Source: an uncultured delta proteobacterium
Lineage (GTDB): Bacteria; Desulfobacterota; Binatia; Binatales; Binataceae
Direction of reading: 5' to 3'
DNA length: 64,000 bases
Assembly (NCBI GenBank): GCA_963808235.1
Contig: CAWEEQ010000001.1
Coordinates: 316,625-380,624 of the forward strand
Positions 1-9,605 of this stretch are shown here, one piece after another. Below the pieces are notes generated by a model. That model did no database searches. It was not told the origin of the DNA and saw only the letters and a list, made by a program, of their open reading frames with translations. The position numbers and the translations under genes were made by a program. Numbering within the stretch: the stretch's first letter is position 1; each line of letters starts with the position of its first letter.

Positions 1-241
1 CGAGCGACTTCTCTGTTTCCAGTATCGACGTACGGACTTGCGAGTCGTCAATCGCGTCCGCGCGCAGCACCACCGCCTTCACGCCCGCTGCCCTTGCCGC
101 AGAAGCGCTCGCTTCGGCCGAATCGCGCGAGTTTCGATATGTCAGTGCGAGTGAGCATCCACGAGCAGCGAGCGCATCCGCGACGACTTGGCCGATACGC
201 GCGCCGCCCGTGATCAGCGCTACTTTACCTCTGGGATCCAT
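1..241 (-). CDS. SDR family oxidoreductase, 5' part (runs off the window edge)
   Basis: Manual translation from ATG at 241: MDPRGKVALITGGARIGQVVADALAARGCSLALTYRNS..., an SDR Rossmann N-terminus. Not in the ORF track. Confidence 0.85.
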   Translation of the reverse strand, partial: MDPRGKVALITGGARIGQVVADALAARGCSLALTYRNSRDSAEASASAARAAGVKAVVLRADAIDDSQVRTSILETEKSL

Positions 242-259
242 GTTTCTTCTCGATGACGG

Positions 260-3200
260 CTACCAGATAGCCCTGTAGATACGGTGGGTTCCCGCAAGCC
301 CTTTGAGTCGCACCTCGCCGACCTCCGTGAACCGGAGATCGCCGGCGCTGTCCGTCAAGTCATGCAACGTCGCGGAGACGAGAATCTCGCCGCCATGCGC
401 CAACGCCGCGATTCTGGCTGCGAGAATTACCGCCTTGCCGAAGAAATCGTCAGATTCGTTTATGGTCTCGCCGACATGCAACCCTATCCTTACCCGGATC
501 GGAGTGGCGGCGTGTTGTTGGCAGTAAGACGCGAAGGCCCGCTGAATCGCGATCGCGCATAGAAGAGCGCGCCGCGCGCCGGAAAACGCGATCATGAAGC
601 CATCGCCCATCGATTTGACTTCGTAACCTTTGTGAAGAGCGACCTGCTCGCGCACCATGGCGTTATGCGCGCGCAGTATTTCCTGGGCGCGGAGATCGCC
701 AAGCCGCTCGAAAAGCGCCGAAGAGTTTTCCATATCGGTGAACAAGATCGTCGCCGTTCCATCGGGCGCCGCATGGGCGCTCAAGTCGCCCGGCTCGGCC
801 ACCGCTGCCGCCGCTACCGCATCGATCGAGCTCGAATCCGCGTTATCAACGGGCGCGTGGGCTGCGAGCGCAGCGTCTTCCGCCGAGCCGGTATCCGGAC
901 CATACGAGCAGAAGGTTCCGGTCCTGATGCTCTTCGCGAGATGCTTTCCCATCGAGGCGTTGCTCGCGGCGATTCTCTGGATCGTGGATTTGATCGCGCG
1001 CGTTATATTTACCCGCGCCCGCTCGGTGATCGCGGCCGCTCGCCGATCGCGCCCTGACAGCCCGGTCGCGCGCGCGAGTTCTTTTGTTATCGCGTCTGAT
1101 TCGTCCTCCGCCTTCTGAGCGCGAGTCTCCTGGCCCAGGCGGCGGGCCTCTGCGATCTCCTCGCGAAGCTCCGCCACGCGTTTTTTGTAAGACGCTTTTG
1201 CGCGCGCGTCGAGCATCTCGCCGGCATCGCCAAACGCGTTTTGCCGATACCCTTCGTCAAATCCGCGGGACCGCGGCGGAGTTGCCTCCTCGCCGTCGCC
1301 CGAGAATTCGCCCAACTGCTCACCGGCGTAATCACCCGGCGAGACCAGGTCGAGCACGTGAAATTCCTGCCCGGGATATCGGATCAGATGCGCCAAATAG
1401 CCGAGACCCTTTGAGTCCTTCAGCCGTGACGTTTTGCCGTTCCATTCGATCGTCCAGACCTCGCCCTCTCTTCTCAGAATGTTCGAGCTATCGGTCTGAA
1501 TTGAGCGCGGCGCCTCGGCGAGCGGACTGGTCCCGGGAAGCACGGCCAGCGAATTTCGAAGGGCGAGCGCCTTTTCTCCGAGCGACTTCAGCCCGCTGGC
1601 TGACGCGTCTTTGATCGCGGTATCGAGGTGCTCGAGCGCAAGCGCCCGATCTTCGCGGTTGCCGCGCCTGAGCAGCATCGAAGCGTAGTCAAACAAGCTG
1701 TGCGCGAGCCACAGACGCGCGCCCATTCGGCTCGCGCTTTCGATCGCCGCCTCAAAGTGTCCCTGAGCCTGGTCGAAGTGCGACCCTACTGCCGCCAACC
1801 CGCCGAGATGACGTGCAACGGGTCCGTAACAGACGTGCACGTCGAGCAGCGCGTTGCGCTCAGCATAAGGCGCAAGCAGGTTGTACAAAATCCCGGCACG
1901 CTTCGTATCGTCCAGGTAAACGCAAACCTCGCTCAGAAGAACCATGGTCGCGTACCAGGCGTTATTGCGGGGAATCGATTCGAGATCATTACTCGTGATG
2001 TAGTCGAATATGAGCGATGTTTCGCGGCGCTGATTCATCTCGGCCCGGCAGAAGGCGAGCCCGCAGTTCGCCAGCACATGCGACGGCCGTCGCGCTACGG
2101 CAGTGCGATAAATGGGCTCCACCTCCGCGATCCGTCCTTGTTCGCCGCGCAAAATCAGGGACAGGCTGTTGAACGCTTGCCTGATCGTGCGAAAGCGGCG
2201 TTCCATGCGGCGGCCAATCTCGAGGGCCTGGAAAGCGAACCTGTCCGCATCGTCCAGGCGCCCATCCATCAATGCCCGTTCCGAGAGTGCCAGCTGTTTC
2301 CATCCGAACGGCAAGCGAAGCTCGTCCGTCAATTCCGCGAAGCGCGCGAGGTCCGCATCCGCTCGAAGCACGTCGCATTTTTCGAGCAGACTCAGAAATC
2401 GCATGTAGCGGGTCTTCAGGATCCAGAGTTTATTCCCGATACTCTCGGCGAGCTCGACCGCTTCGCTAAGATACGAGATCCGCTGCTCGAGGTTGTCCAC
2501 TGACCAGGTCGCGACGTTGCCCCAGTAAAATACGTAGATCCTGGTCAGCGGGTCGCCGCTCTGTTTGGCGAGCTCGAGTGCCTCAGCCATCAGCGAATGC
2601 ACGCGCGCATCGCGGCTCCATTGGAGTTCCGATCCTAGCCGCGCCAGCATCTTTGCCCGAATCCGAATATCCTGAGTTCCGCCCGAGGAAAGTGCGTCGT
2701 CCAGCATACTGACCAGAGTCTGGTCGACTTCGTTCTCGCTTGGCGTCCCGGCTCGACCGAGCGCCGCGCGAGCCAACTTGTTGCCATCCTCGAGCTTGCG
2801 CGCGAGCCGGCCTGCTTCTTCGGATGCCTGCCTCGCCTGGCTGATCAAGCCGGAGGCCGAGAGTGCTTCGCTTGCCTCCATCAATAGATCGTATTGAAGT
2901 TCTACCGACGCGATGCCGCTGTTCTCCGCGGTCCGAAGAGCAGCCTGAAGCAGCCGGATAGCCTCCTCATAAGCAAAGGAATCCATCGCCTGACTCGCGG
3001 CGCGCCGCAGATAGTCGATCGTCTTTGCGGATTCTCCAGGCGTATGTGCCGAGGCGTAGTGTCGCGCGATCTCGGCAAGATGTGGCCCGGGGTTTGACTC
3101 ATAGAGGCGCTCCATCGCCGATGCGGTTTTCTGATGCATCGCCGATCGCTCGCCTGGCTCAAGATCGCGATAGATCGTTTCCGCGGTTAGCGAATGCACG

Positions 3201-4324
3201 AAACGATAGGAGCCGAGTGCGGTTGCTTGTTCGCTAAGAAGTTCAGCCGCGATTCCCTGCCCGACGATATCGTGCAACGGACCCGAGTCGAGTTCGGTGA
3301 CCCGCTGCAAAAGCGCGAAGTCGAATTCGACGCCGATTACGGCGCCGATCCGTAGCGCATCTCGAACCGCGGGCGGAACCAGTGCAATTCGCCTTCTGAT
3401 CGCGGCGCGAACCGTGTCCGGTATCGCGATCTTCCGTATCGACTCATGGCCCATGTTTGCGAGGTTCTGCTCGGCGAGCACGAGTCTCAGCGTTTCATTG
3501 AGAAAGAACGGATTGCCGCCGGTCGTGCGATAGAGCACCTCGAGGGTCTCTTTGCCAAAGCCGCCTCCGCCGCTCGCGCGGACAAACTCGCCCACGTCCT
3601 TTCGGCCCAGACCGTGCAGCTTGATCGTGCGTGCATCGCGCGAGATATCGGCCAGGATTGCGCCCAGTTGCGGTGTCGTTTTGATTTCGACGTCGCGATA
3701 GGTGCCGATCAAAAAAATCGACGAACCCCTCAAACTGTGCGCCACAAACCGCAACAGCTGGAGCGAAGCCGCATCGGCGGCATGCAAATCGTCGAGCACG
3801 ACCAGCAACGGGCAGGATTCGGCGGTTCTCTTCAAGAGCCGCGTGGTCGCCTCGTAAAGGGCGAACCGCCCGAGGTCGGACTCTTCGGGAGCGATCGACG
3901 CGCGCACTCCTTCGCTTGTGCACGGAGAGCTTTCCGTTGGCCTCTCGATACCCAGAATCGCGACGGGATCCAAAGCTGAGTCGGGGGCGCGATCGCCGAT
4001 ACATTCGCGCAATACTTCTATCCACGGCCAATAGGGAGGCGAGTCTCCAGCTTCCCAACATCGCCCCCACAGCACTCGCATCCCGCGCGCTCGCGCGATT
4101 TCGGACACCTCGTCCGCGATTCGGGTCTTGCCGATACCGGGTTCGCCGCAGACTAGAAATACCTGTCCTTGTCCCCGCAGAGTCGACGCGAGCCCAGCCA
4201 CCAGTTCTTCGCTTTCCTGAGAGCGGCCCACGAACGCCGCGGACGAGCGGGCGAGAAAATGCGACGACTCATGGCTGAGCTCAGAGCCAGGAGCGGTCGT
4301 TCCGGATGAGTCGCGGCTACTCAT
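260..4324 (-). CDS. STAND-type AAA ATPase / TPR-like transcriptional regulator with C-terminal class III adenylate/guanylate cyclase domain
   Basis: Walker A GEPGIGKT, Walker B LVVLDDLH, GGNPFF motif, helical repeats, a regulator-type module ending IRTGTFCSY, then cyclase motifs LFTD, VKSMGDG, RIGLHVG, DFFG, LAARI. Confidence 0.88.
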   Translation of the reverse strand: MSSRDSSGTTAPGSELSHESSHFLARSSAAFVGRSQESEELVAGLASTLRGQGQVFLVCGEPGIGKTRIADEVSEIARARGMRVLWGRCWEAGDSPPYWPWIEVLRECIGDRAPDSALDPVAILGIERPTESSPCTSEGVRASIAPEESDLGRFALYEATTRLLKRTAESCPLLVVLDDLHAADAASLQLLRFVAHSLRGSSIFLIGTYRDVEIKTTPQLGAILADISRDARTIKLHGLGRKDVGEFVRASGGGGFGKETLEVLYRTTGGNPFFLNETLRLVLAEQNLANMGHESIRKIAIPDTVRAAIRRRIALVPPAVRDALRIGAVIGVEFDFALLQRVTELDSGPLHDIVGQGIAAELLSEQATALGSYRFVHSLTAETIYRDLEPGERSAMHQKTASAMERLYESNPGPHLAEIARHYASAHTPGESAKTIDYLRRAASQAMDSFAYEEAIRLLQAALRTAENSGIASVELQYDLLMEASEALSASGLISQARQASEEAGRLARKLEDGNKLARAALGRAGTPSENEVDQTLVSMLDDALSSGGTQDIRIRAKMLARLGSELQWSRDARVHSLMAEALELAKQSGDPLTRIYVFYWGNVATWSVDNLEQRISYLSEAVELAESIGNKLWILKTRYMRFLSLLEKCDVLRADADLARFAELTDELRLPFGWKQLALSERALMDGRLDDADRFAFQALEIGRRMERRFRTIRQAFNSLSLILRGEQGRIAEVEPIYRTAVARRPSHVLANCGLAFCRAEMNQRRETSLIFDYITSNDLESIPRNNAWYATMVLLSEVCVYLDDTKRAGILYNLLAPYAERNALLDVHVCYGPVARHLGGLAAVGSHFDQAQGHFEAAIESASRMGARLWLAHSLFDYASMLLRRGNREDRALALEHLDTAIKDASASGLKSLGEKALALRNSLAVLPGTSPLAEAPRSIQTDSSNILRREGEVWTIEWNGKTSRLKDSKGLGYLAHLIRYPGQEFHVLDLVSPGDYAGEQLGEFSGDGEEATPPRSRGFDEGYRQNAFGDAGEMLDARAKASYKKRVAELREEIAEARRLGQETRAQKAEDESDAITKELARATGLSGRDRRAAAITERARVNITRAIKSTIQRIAASNASMGKHLAKSIRTGTFCSYGPDTGSAEDAALAAHAPVDNADSSSIDAVAAAAVAEPGDLSAHAAPDGTATILFTDMENSSALFERLGDLRAQEILRAHNAMVREQVALHKGYEVKSMGDGFMIAFSGARRALLCAIAIQRAFASYCQQHAATPIRVRIGLHVGETINESDDFFGKAVILAARIAALAHGGEILVSATLHDLTDSAGDLRFTEVGEVRLKGLAGTHRIYRAIW

Positions 4325-4494
4325 ATCTCTACAGCATGTCTATTACGCCAATTGCCTACGGCGAATCGACCACGCGAGATAGAATCGAGACTCGATTGAA
4401 AACGGATCGACAAGCGCTTCGCGGCCAGGGCCGCAGCACGGCGCAGAACCAGTGGCGCTGAAATTCAGTTCATCTGAGCAAGCGATCGATTCTT

Positions 4495-5001
4495 TTATTT
4501 GCGTCGACGAGATTTGCCCGCTCGCTTGGCACCGCGCGCGCCCGATTGAGCCTTGCGCCGAGCATCCTGCTCCTGTTTGTCGGTGTATTGGAAGAAGCGC
4601 TCGAGCTTTTTCAGCCGGCCGCCACTCTCTCGCATCGTGCGGGCCAGCGCCTCAAGTTCGGCAAGATTGCTGTTGTGGTACTTGATGATCGCCTGAAGAC
4701 TGGAACGATAGAACTTCACATGCTCGGGCGGCATCAGACCGCGCGGTACGCTGAGTGTCTGGATAATCGTTTTGATCGGGACCAGGACGGGATCTTCATT
4801 CTCCATTCCCGCTCCGTAGGACAGCTTGCCCTGATCCGCGGCGTGCTTCGCAACCGCTTCGTTCTTGTTGTGTATCTCGAGGAAGTTCGCATTGATCTTC
4901 GCCAAGGATTTTGCCGTGCGTTTTGTTAGCGGCAGGAACGACCGATGCAGATTGTCAAAATCCTTAACCGACTTTCCCCAGACTTCGAGATACCCAGCCA
5001 T
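4495..5001 (-). CDS. Hypothetical protein with basic C-terminal tail
   Basis: 168-aa ORF with ATG, a GGGGA RBS-like sequence and protein-like composition. No family recognised. Confidence 0.7.
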   Translation of the reverse strand: MAGYLEVWGKSVKDFDNLHRSFLPLTKRTAKSLAKINANFLEIHNKNEAVAKHAADQGKLSYGAGMENEDPVLVPIKTIIQTLSVPRGLMPPEHVKFYRSSLQAIIKYHNSNLAELEALARTMRESGGRLKKLERFFQYTDKQEQDARRKAQSGARGAKRAGKSRRRK

Positions 5002-5147
5002 AGTAAATCCCCCAGGAGATGGTCTACATGTTTTCCGAATTCACTTAGACATACTTTTCGCGCGGACGTGGCGCAACTGTCGGTTTGGCAACTTGGTGGT
5101 TACGTGCTGAGCGTGTACGTTTTAGCGAACACTCGTATGTGAACGTC

Positions 5148-5411
5148 ATGTCTGAGTTACACACCACACACCTGGTTCTGAGGGAATTCAGAGACTCCGA
5201 CGTCGATCCGCTGTATGAAATTCAGGGCAACCCGGATTACATGAGGTTCACATTCTGCGCGGAATCCCGCGCCGCGTGTGAGAGTTGGCTTCGTCGATAT
5301 GCAGATGCTGGGCGGGTGGATGGCTTCGCTCCATGGACGATCGTGCACAGGTTGGACAATCGGGTGATCGGATGGGGAGGGTTAAACATCGACCCCAATG
5401 CTCCGTTTTAG
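5148..5411 (+). pseudogene. Truncated RimJ/RimL-type GNAT acetyltransferase
   Basis: MSELHTTHLVLREFRDSDVDPLYEIQG...VIGWGGL is a GNAT N-terminal half. It stops after 87 aa, before the acetyl-CoA-binding motif. Confidence 0.65.
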
Positions 5412-5493
5412 TAACAAATGCTATACGGGTCTGACACGGGCTGTCGCCGAAGAAGCGCTCAGAATAATTTCTCGCCATGGTCCGGCCTAGGTC

Positions 5494-5509
5494 TGGCACC
5501 GCATTAGCA
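5494..5509 (+). promoter_or_regulatory. Sigma54-type (-24/-12) promoter upstream of the VPELD-CTERM/exosortase pair
   Basis: TGGCAC-CGCAT-TAGCA against consensus TGGCAC-N5-TTGCW, with correct GG/GC spacing. An imperfect inverted repeat TGACA-N5-TGTCG at 5432-5446 could be an activator site. Confidence 0.6.
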
Positions 5510-5616
5510 CCAACTCGCCCTATTATAGAACTGAATTTGGGCCCTTGTGACGAAGTTTGCGCAAGAAATTGCAAAGTGCTAGCGTTCGCCCAATTAATCG
5601 TTTGAAGGAGCAGTTC

Positions 5617-5805
5617 ATGAATCTTCGATTCGTATCAAATTTGACATGGACTCTTGGGACCTGCGCCTTGCTCTTGTTGGCGGGAATCGGGACCGCGTCG
5701 GCTTCTGCTGTTCCCGAGTTGGATCCCGGCTCAGCCGCCAGCGGAATCGCACTTGCGGTAGGAGCCGCTCTGCTACTCGCCGAGCGCTATCGTCGACGCA
5801 ATTAA
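5617..5805 (+). CDS. VPEID-CTERM-type (VPELD) sorting-signal microprotein, 62 aa
   Basis: AAGGAG RBS at 5605-5610. Signal peptide ending ASA, then VPELDPGSAASGIALAVGAALLLAERYRRRN (motif + TM helix + Arg cluster). Lies directly upstream of an exosortase. Confidence 0.88.
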   Translation: MNLRFVSNLTWTLGTCALLLLAGIGTASASAVPELDPGSAASGIALAVGAALLLAERYRRRN

Positions 5806-5824
5806 CTTCTGCGCTTAGAGTCGG

Positions 5825-7504
5825 GTGGGAGTAAGGGCGCCCGTGAGCTACGAATCCCTCCCCGGCACTGATGCGACCTTCGACCAAGCCCGTCGAATCA
5901 ACTGGGGTGCGACTGTTCGCATTCTGATCGCCGCGCTGATCATTCCCGAGCTCATTTGTTTTTCCCGCCCGATTGACATAGTCGCCGTCGACGGCTCTCG
6001 CGGATGGTGGCTTTTCCTGCTTCAGTACCATCGAGCTTTCGCCGCTGTTTTCTCCACCGCAGCAATCGCAGCAGTCGTCTTCGGTTGGGAATCCTTCCGT
6101 GGGTCGATTGGCGAAGAGTTACGCGGACCAGTAGAGGATCCCATGACGCGCGCGGCTTTTTTCGTGCTGCACCTGGCAGCAGTTGCGTGCGTTATCGCGT
6201 GGGTCATAACGATCGTACTGAGCAAACGGCTGTATCCTCCCGGAGGCCTCGGGTGGTTCTTCGTCGGCGCGGGACTGTCCGCAGTCGCGCTGCTAAGCTG
6301 GTTCGTGGCGTTGCTGCCGGCGAGACTTTGGCTGCGATACGTCCGTCTTAACCAGGGTGTGCTGCTTGCCGCGATCGCGGTTGCAATCTTCGCGCGAATC
6401 GTTGCGTATACCCTCAACCTTTGGCAGCCGCTGATCGCATCGACGTTTTGGGCGGTTGACTTGCTCCTGCGGGTGCTCGGACAAACCACCTTCGTTGACT
6501 TCGACACTGCTCGAATCGGAACGACTCACTTCATGGTCGCGATCGGGGGCAGCTGCTCCGGGGTGGAAGGGATCGGCCTGATGTCCGTGTTTGTCGCGGG
6601 TTACCTGTGGTTCTGCAAGCGCGAGCTTCTCTTTCCCGCGGCATTGATTCTGTTGCCGGCCGGGGTGGTCTCGATCTGGTTTCTGAACGTAGTTCGAATT
6701 ACCGCGCTGCTATTGATCGGCGGATGGTCCGAGAAGGTGGCGATGGACGGATTTCACACGGTTGCCGGTTGGCTTCTTTACACCGTCGCGGCGTGCGGAA
6801 TCGTCGTCGTCAGCCGGCGCTCGCCGATATTCAGCCGGGCCGAGCCCGAGCCGCGTCGACTCGCCGAGCCGAATCCGGCGTCGGTGTATCTGACCCCGAT
6901 GCTGACGCTCGTGTTGATCGCGATGCTGACCCGGATCGCGGGCGGAGGCTTTGACTTCCTCTATCCGCTCAAAGTAATTGGCGCGGCTGCGGTGCTCTGG
7001 TTTTATCGCGATCGGCTGGCCGAGTTTCGCCGCGATTTCTCATGGTTCGCGGTGATGCTCGGTGCTGTGGTCTTCATCGAATGGATCGTTCTGCAGCGGC
7101 GCTCGGATGTCGCCGTCGAGGACCTCAACTTCGCGGCTCAGCTCGGCAGTCTTCCGGTGTTGATCGCATCGTTGTGGCTTCTGTTTCGCCTGATCGGCGC
7201 CGTCCTCATCGTGCCGCTCGCCGAGGAGCTTGCGTTTCGCGGGTATCTGCTCCGCAAGCTGGTCAGTGCGGATTTCGCTCAGGTCGATTTTCGGCGCTTC
7301 ACATTGCTCTCGTTTGTGGTGTCATCGACGCTTTTCGGACTGTTGCATCAGCAATGGCTTGCCGGCGTAATCGCCGGAATGCTGTTCGCGCTGGCGATGT
7401 ATCGGCGGGGCGCGCTCTTCGACGCGGTCATCGCACATTCGACCGCCAACGCGATGCTGGCGGCGTATGTCCTAACGACACATCGCTGGTCGTTATGGAG
7501 TTGA
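5825..7504 (+). CDS. xrtE: Exosortase E / CAAX (CPBP) protease fusion
   Basis: Multi-TM protein with exosortase catalytic motifs SCSG (Cys), NVVRI (Arg) and GFHT (His), plus CPBP motifs EELAFRG, FGLLH and HSTAN. The start could be GTG 5843. Confidence 0.9.
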   Translation: MGVRAPVSYESLPGTDATFDQARRINWGATVRILIAALIIPELICFSRPIDIVAVDGSRGWWLFLLQYHRAFAAVFSTAAIAAVVFGWESFRGSIGEELRGPVEDPMTRAAFFVLHLAAVACVIAWVITIVLSKRLYPPGGLGWFFVGAGLSAVALLSWFVALLPARLWLRYVRLNQGVLLAAIAVAIFARIVAYTLNLWQPLIASTFWAVDLLLRVLGQTTFVDFDTARIGTTHFMVAIGGSCSGVEGIGLMSVFVAGYLWFCKRELLFPAALILLPAGVVSIWFLNVVRITALLLIGGWSEKVAMDGFHTVAGWLLYTVAACGIVVVSRRSPIFSRAEPEPRRLAEPNPASVYLTPMLTLVLIAMLTRIAGGGFDFLYPLKVIGAAAVLWFYRDRLAEFRRDFSWFAVMLGAVVFIEWIVLQRRSDVAVEDLNFAAQLGSLPVLIASLWLLFRLIGAVLIVPLAEELAFRGYLLRKLVSADFAQVDFRRFTLLSFVVSSTLFGLLHQQWLAGVIAGMLFALAMYRRGALFDAVIAHSTANAMLAAYVLTTHRWSLWS

Positions 7505-7548
7505 TGCCAGCGGGCGGCCGAAAATGCCGCGGATTCTATTAAGGATTT

Positions 7549-7624
7549 TGGAGCCACCCGCCGGAGTCGAACCGGCGACCTGCTGATTACGAATCAGCTG
7601 CTCTACCAACTGAGCTAGGGTGGC
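7549..7624 (-). tRNA. tRNA-Thr (anticodon CGT), CCA encoded
   Basis: Reverse complement folds as a cloverleaf: GCCACCC acceptor stem, GCTGA-TT-CGT-AA-TCAGC anticodon arm, TTCGA T-loop, 3' TCCA. Confidence 0.97.
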
Positions 7625-7729
7625 GCGCTGTCGCGTCTGCAACCTTAATCGGACTAGCAGATTAGCGAAGCTTGCGATGCCGAGGAAGCCTTTCGGACGC
7701 TGAAAACCTGGACGCGTGACAGTTCTGCG

Positions 7730-9010
7730 CTACGGAGCGAAGCGATCCCGCGTCCAATCGGTCAGCACTTTCATCAGGCGCGGGCGTGGATCGCCGAGGT
7801 CGCCCTTCGTGCCGCCGGCCCGCATGAAGTGATCGGCGCCCTCGATAAATGCGAGCGTTTTGTCGCTCGCGCCCGAGGCTCCGAATTCTCCGTGCACGTC
7901 GGAAATGAAAATGTCCTGGTCCCCGTTGGCGCCAACGACCAGCGTCGGAACGATCACTTTGGGCAAGTTTGACGCCATCTTCGCGTATGATGAGAGTCCC
8001 GACCAGGTCGATAGCCACGCGTCGGGCGTGACGACTCGGCCAAGGCCGAACGCCGAGTAGTTTGCGAGATCCGGCCGCGGCGAAATGATCGAACCGACTG
8101 CGCGCTCCGACTTATCGATCGAAAGGTCAAGGTAATTTGGATTGGCCTGAGTGCGATAGACGATCATGTAACGCGGCGCCATCGCACGCCGCGAAATATA
8201 GTTGCGTGTCTCAGCACTCGACGAGGCGAAGTCTTGCGCGCGCATCGCCGCGCGAGCGTGGCTGGCTTCCTCTATATGTCGGCGAGCGATCGCGTCGATT
8301 CGAGCGCATCGCGCACGCTGCGCGGTGCGATATCGCTCCACGAAGTCGGGCGCATACCGGCTCTCGGCGGGCGGAGTCTTGAACCCTTTGCGCTCGTCGT
8401 AAATGTCGAGCGTCGGATCGCTCGCGAGCGGATCCGATTCGTCGACCACCGACGCGTCGAGACACGACATCAGAACCATCCCCTGTCCCGGATGCGCCGC
8501 GAGCGCGATGTATCCATCGGTAACGGGGAGATCGAACTTGTTGAGATCAGGCGGGCCGCCACCTGGAGGCGATGCGACTCGTCCGCCTTTCGCGGTTCGC
8601 GCTTGCGAGTCGTAGTAAGCGAACAGCGAGCCGCCGCCCGAATTTCCCAGCATCACGATTTTCTCGAATCCCTCCTCATCGCGCAGGAACCTGATTCCCG
8701 CGGCGAGATCGAGGAGCAGGTTTTCGTGAATCATCATGGCGTCGTTGTTGAGGTAGCGGGTGTTGAAACCGAACGCTGCGAATCCCGCATCGACCCAAAA
8801 TGGAATCGAGTAGTGAGTGGAAAAGTCGGCGCGCGGATGCGCCATGATCACGACGGTGCGCGGTTTTCCCCGCGCGGGAGTGTAAAGGATGCCGCGCGAT
8901 TTCCCGAAGTCGGCCGCATATAGATGTACGGGCCGCTGGTGGATGGACGAATCGATATCTCCGAAATCGATCGGATAACGCGCCTGGTAGTCTGTTGGAG
9001 CCTTGGGCAT
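7730..9010 (-). CDS. Alpha/beta hydrolase
   Basis: Nucleophile elbow GNSGG, C-terminal DQD and GADH. ATG at 9010 (MPKAPTDY) preferred over the longer ORF start. Confidence 0.85.
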   Translation of the reverse strand: MPKAPTDYQARYPIDFGDIDSSIHQRPVHLYAADFGKSRGILYTPARGKPRTVVIMAHPRADFSTHYSIPFWVDAGFAAFGFNTRYLNNDAMMIHENLLLDLAAGIRFLRDEEGFEKIVMLGNSGGGSLFAYYDSQARTAKGGRVASPPGGGPPDLNKFDLPVTDGYIALAAHPGQGMVLMSCLDASVVDESDPLASDPTLDIYDERKGFKTPPAESRYAPDFVERYRTAQRARCARIDAIARRHIEEASHARAAMRAQDFASSSAETRNYISRRAMAPRYMIVYRTQANPNYLDLSIDKSERAVGSIISPRPDLANYSAFGLGRVVTPDAWLSTWSGLSSYAKMASNLPKVIVPTLVVGANGDQDIFISDVHGEFGASGASDKTLAFIEGADHFMRAGGTKGDLGDPRPRLMKVLTDWTRDRFAP

Positions 9011-9314
9011 AGCCGGATTTCGCGCACTAGCGCGGGAAAAAATCAATCTTGACCCATCGGGTTTCAGAAGCTCCCGCGAGTGTAGGCACATTCCGAGTCG
9101 AATGCAGGGATAAATTTAAAATTTCTTTAACAATCATTTTAACGCTGGAATCGACAGATTTCGGCGATGACGAACAAACTTAGTCTTCATGGGTTTACCT
9201 TTGCTACGTACAAAACGTTAAAAAAGTTGACACAACTCTGGCCAAAGAAGAATCTATTCAGCGAGCTATTCGGAAACGGTGAGGTTTTTTGGCGATCACG
9301 CCTCGGGGCTTGCG

Positions 9315-9605
9315 ATGGGTCGGGTTAACCATCTGCTGGCAGCATTGACTGTGAGTCTTCTCCCAATGCTGACAAGTTCGTCCTGCACCGCCGATTCCAC
9401 TGAATCGGGCAAGGGTGTTTCCGTTGACGCGGGTGCGTCGAGCGCGGACGCGCCGGTTTCGGATCCGTCGGTGATCGTTGGCGAAGCGCCGACCCCGGTC
9501 GCCACTCCGTCAGCATCGGTACTATCGCAGCCACGAGCGGGAAACTTTCCGGCCGACAGGCCCGACTATTCGAAACCGGCAAACCCCGGCCCGAGGACAC
9601 CATAG
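9315..9605 (+). CDS. Small putative exported Pro/Ser-rich protein
   Basis: Hydrophobic N-terminus ending SSSC (weak lipobox) and a low-complexity body. Follows an AT-rich intergenic region with TTGACA at 9227-9232. Confidence 0.4.
   Translation: MGRVNHLLAALTVSLLPMLTSSSCTADSTESGKGVSVDAGASSADAPVSDPSVIVGEAPTPVATPSASVLSQPRAGNFPADRPDYSKPANPGPRTP

Noticed and set aside
5556-5582. CIRCE-like TTTGCGCAA-N9-AAGTGCTAG upstream of the VPELD gene
   Set aside because: Only 12 of 18 positions match, the left arm is poor, and the context is not heat shock.
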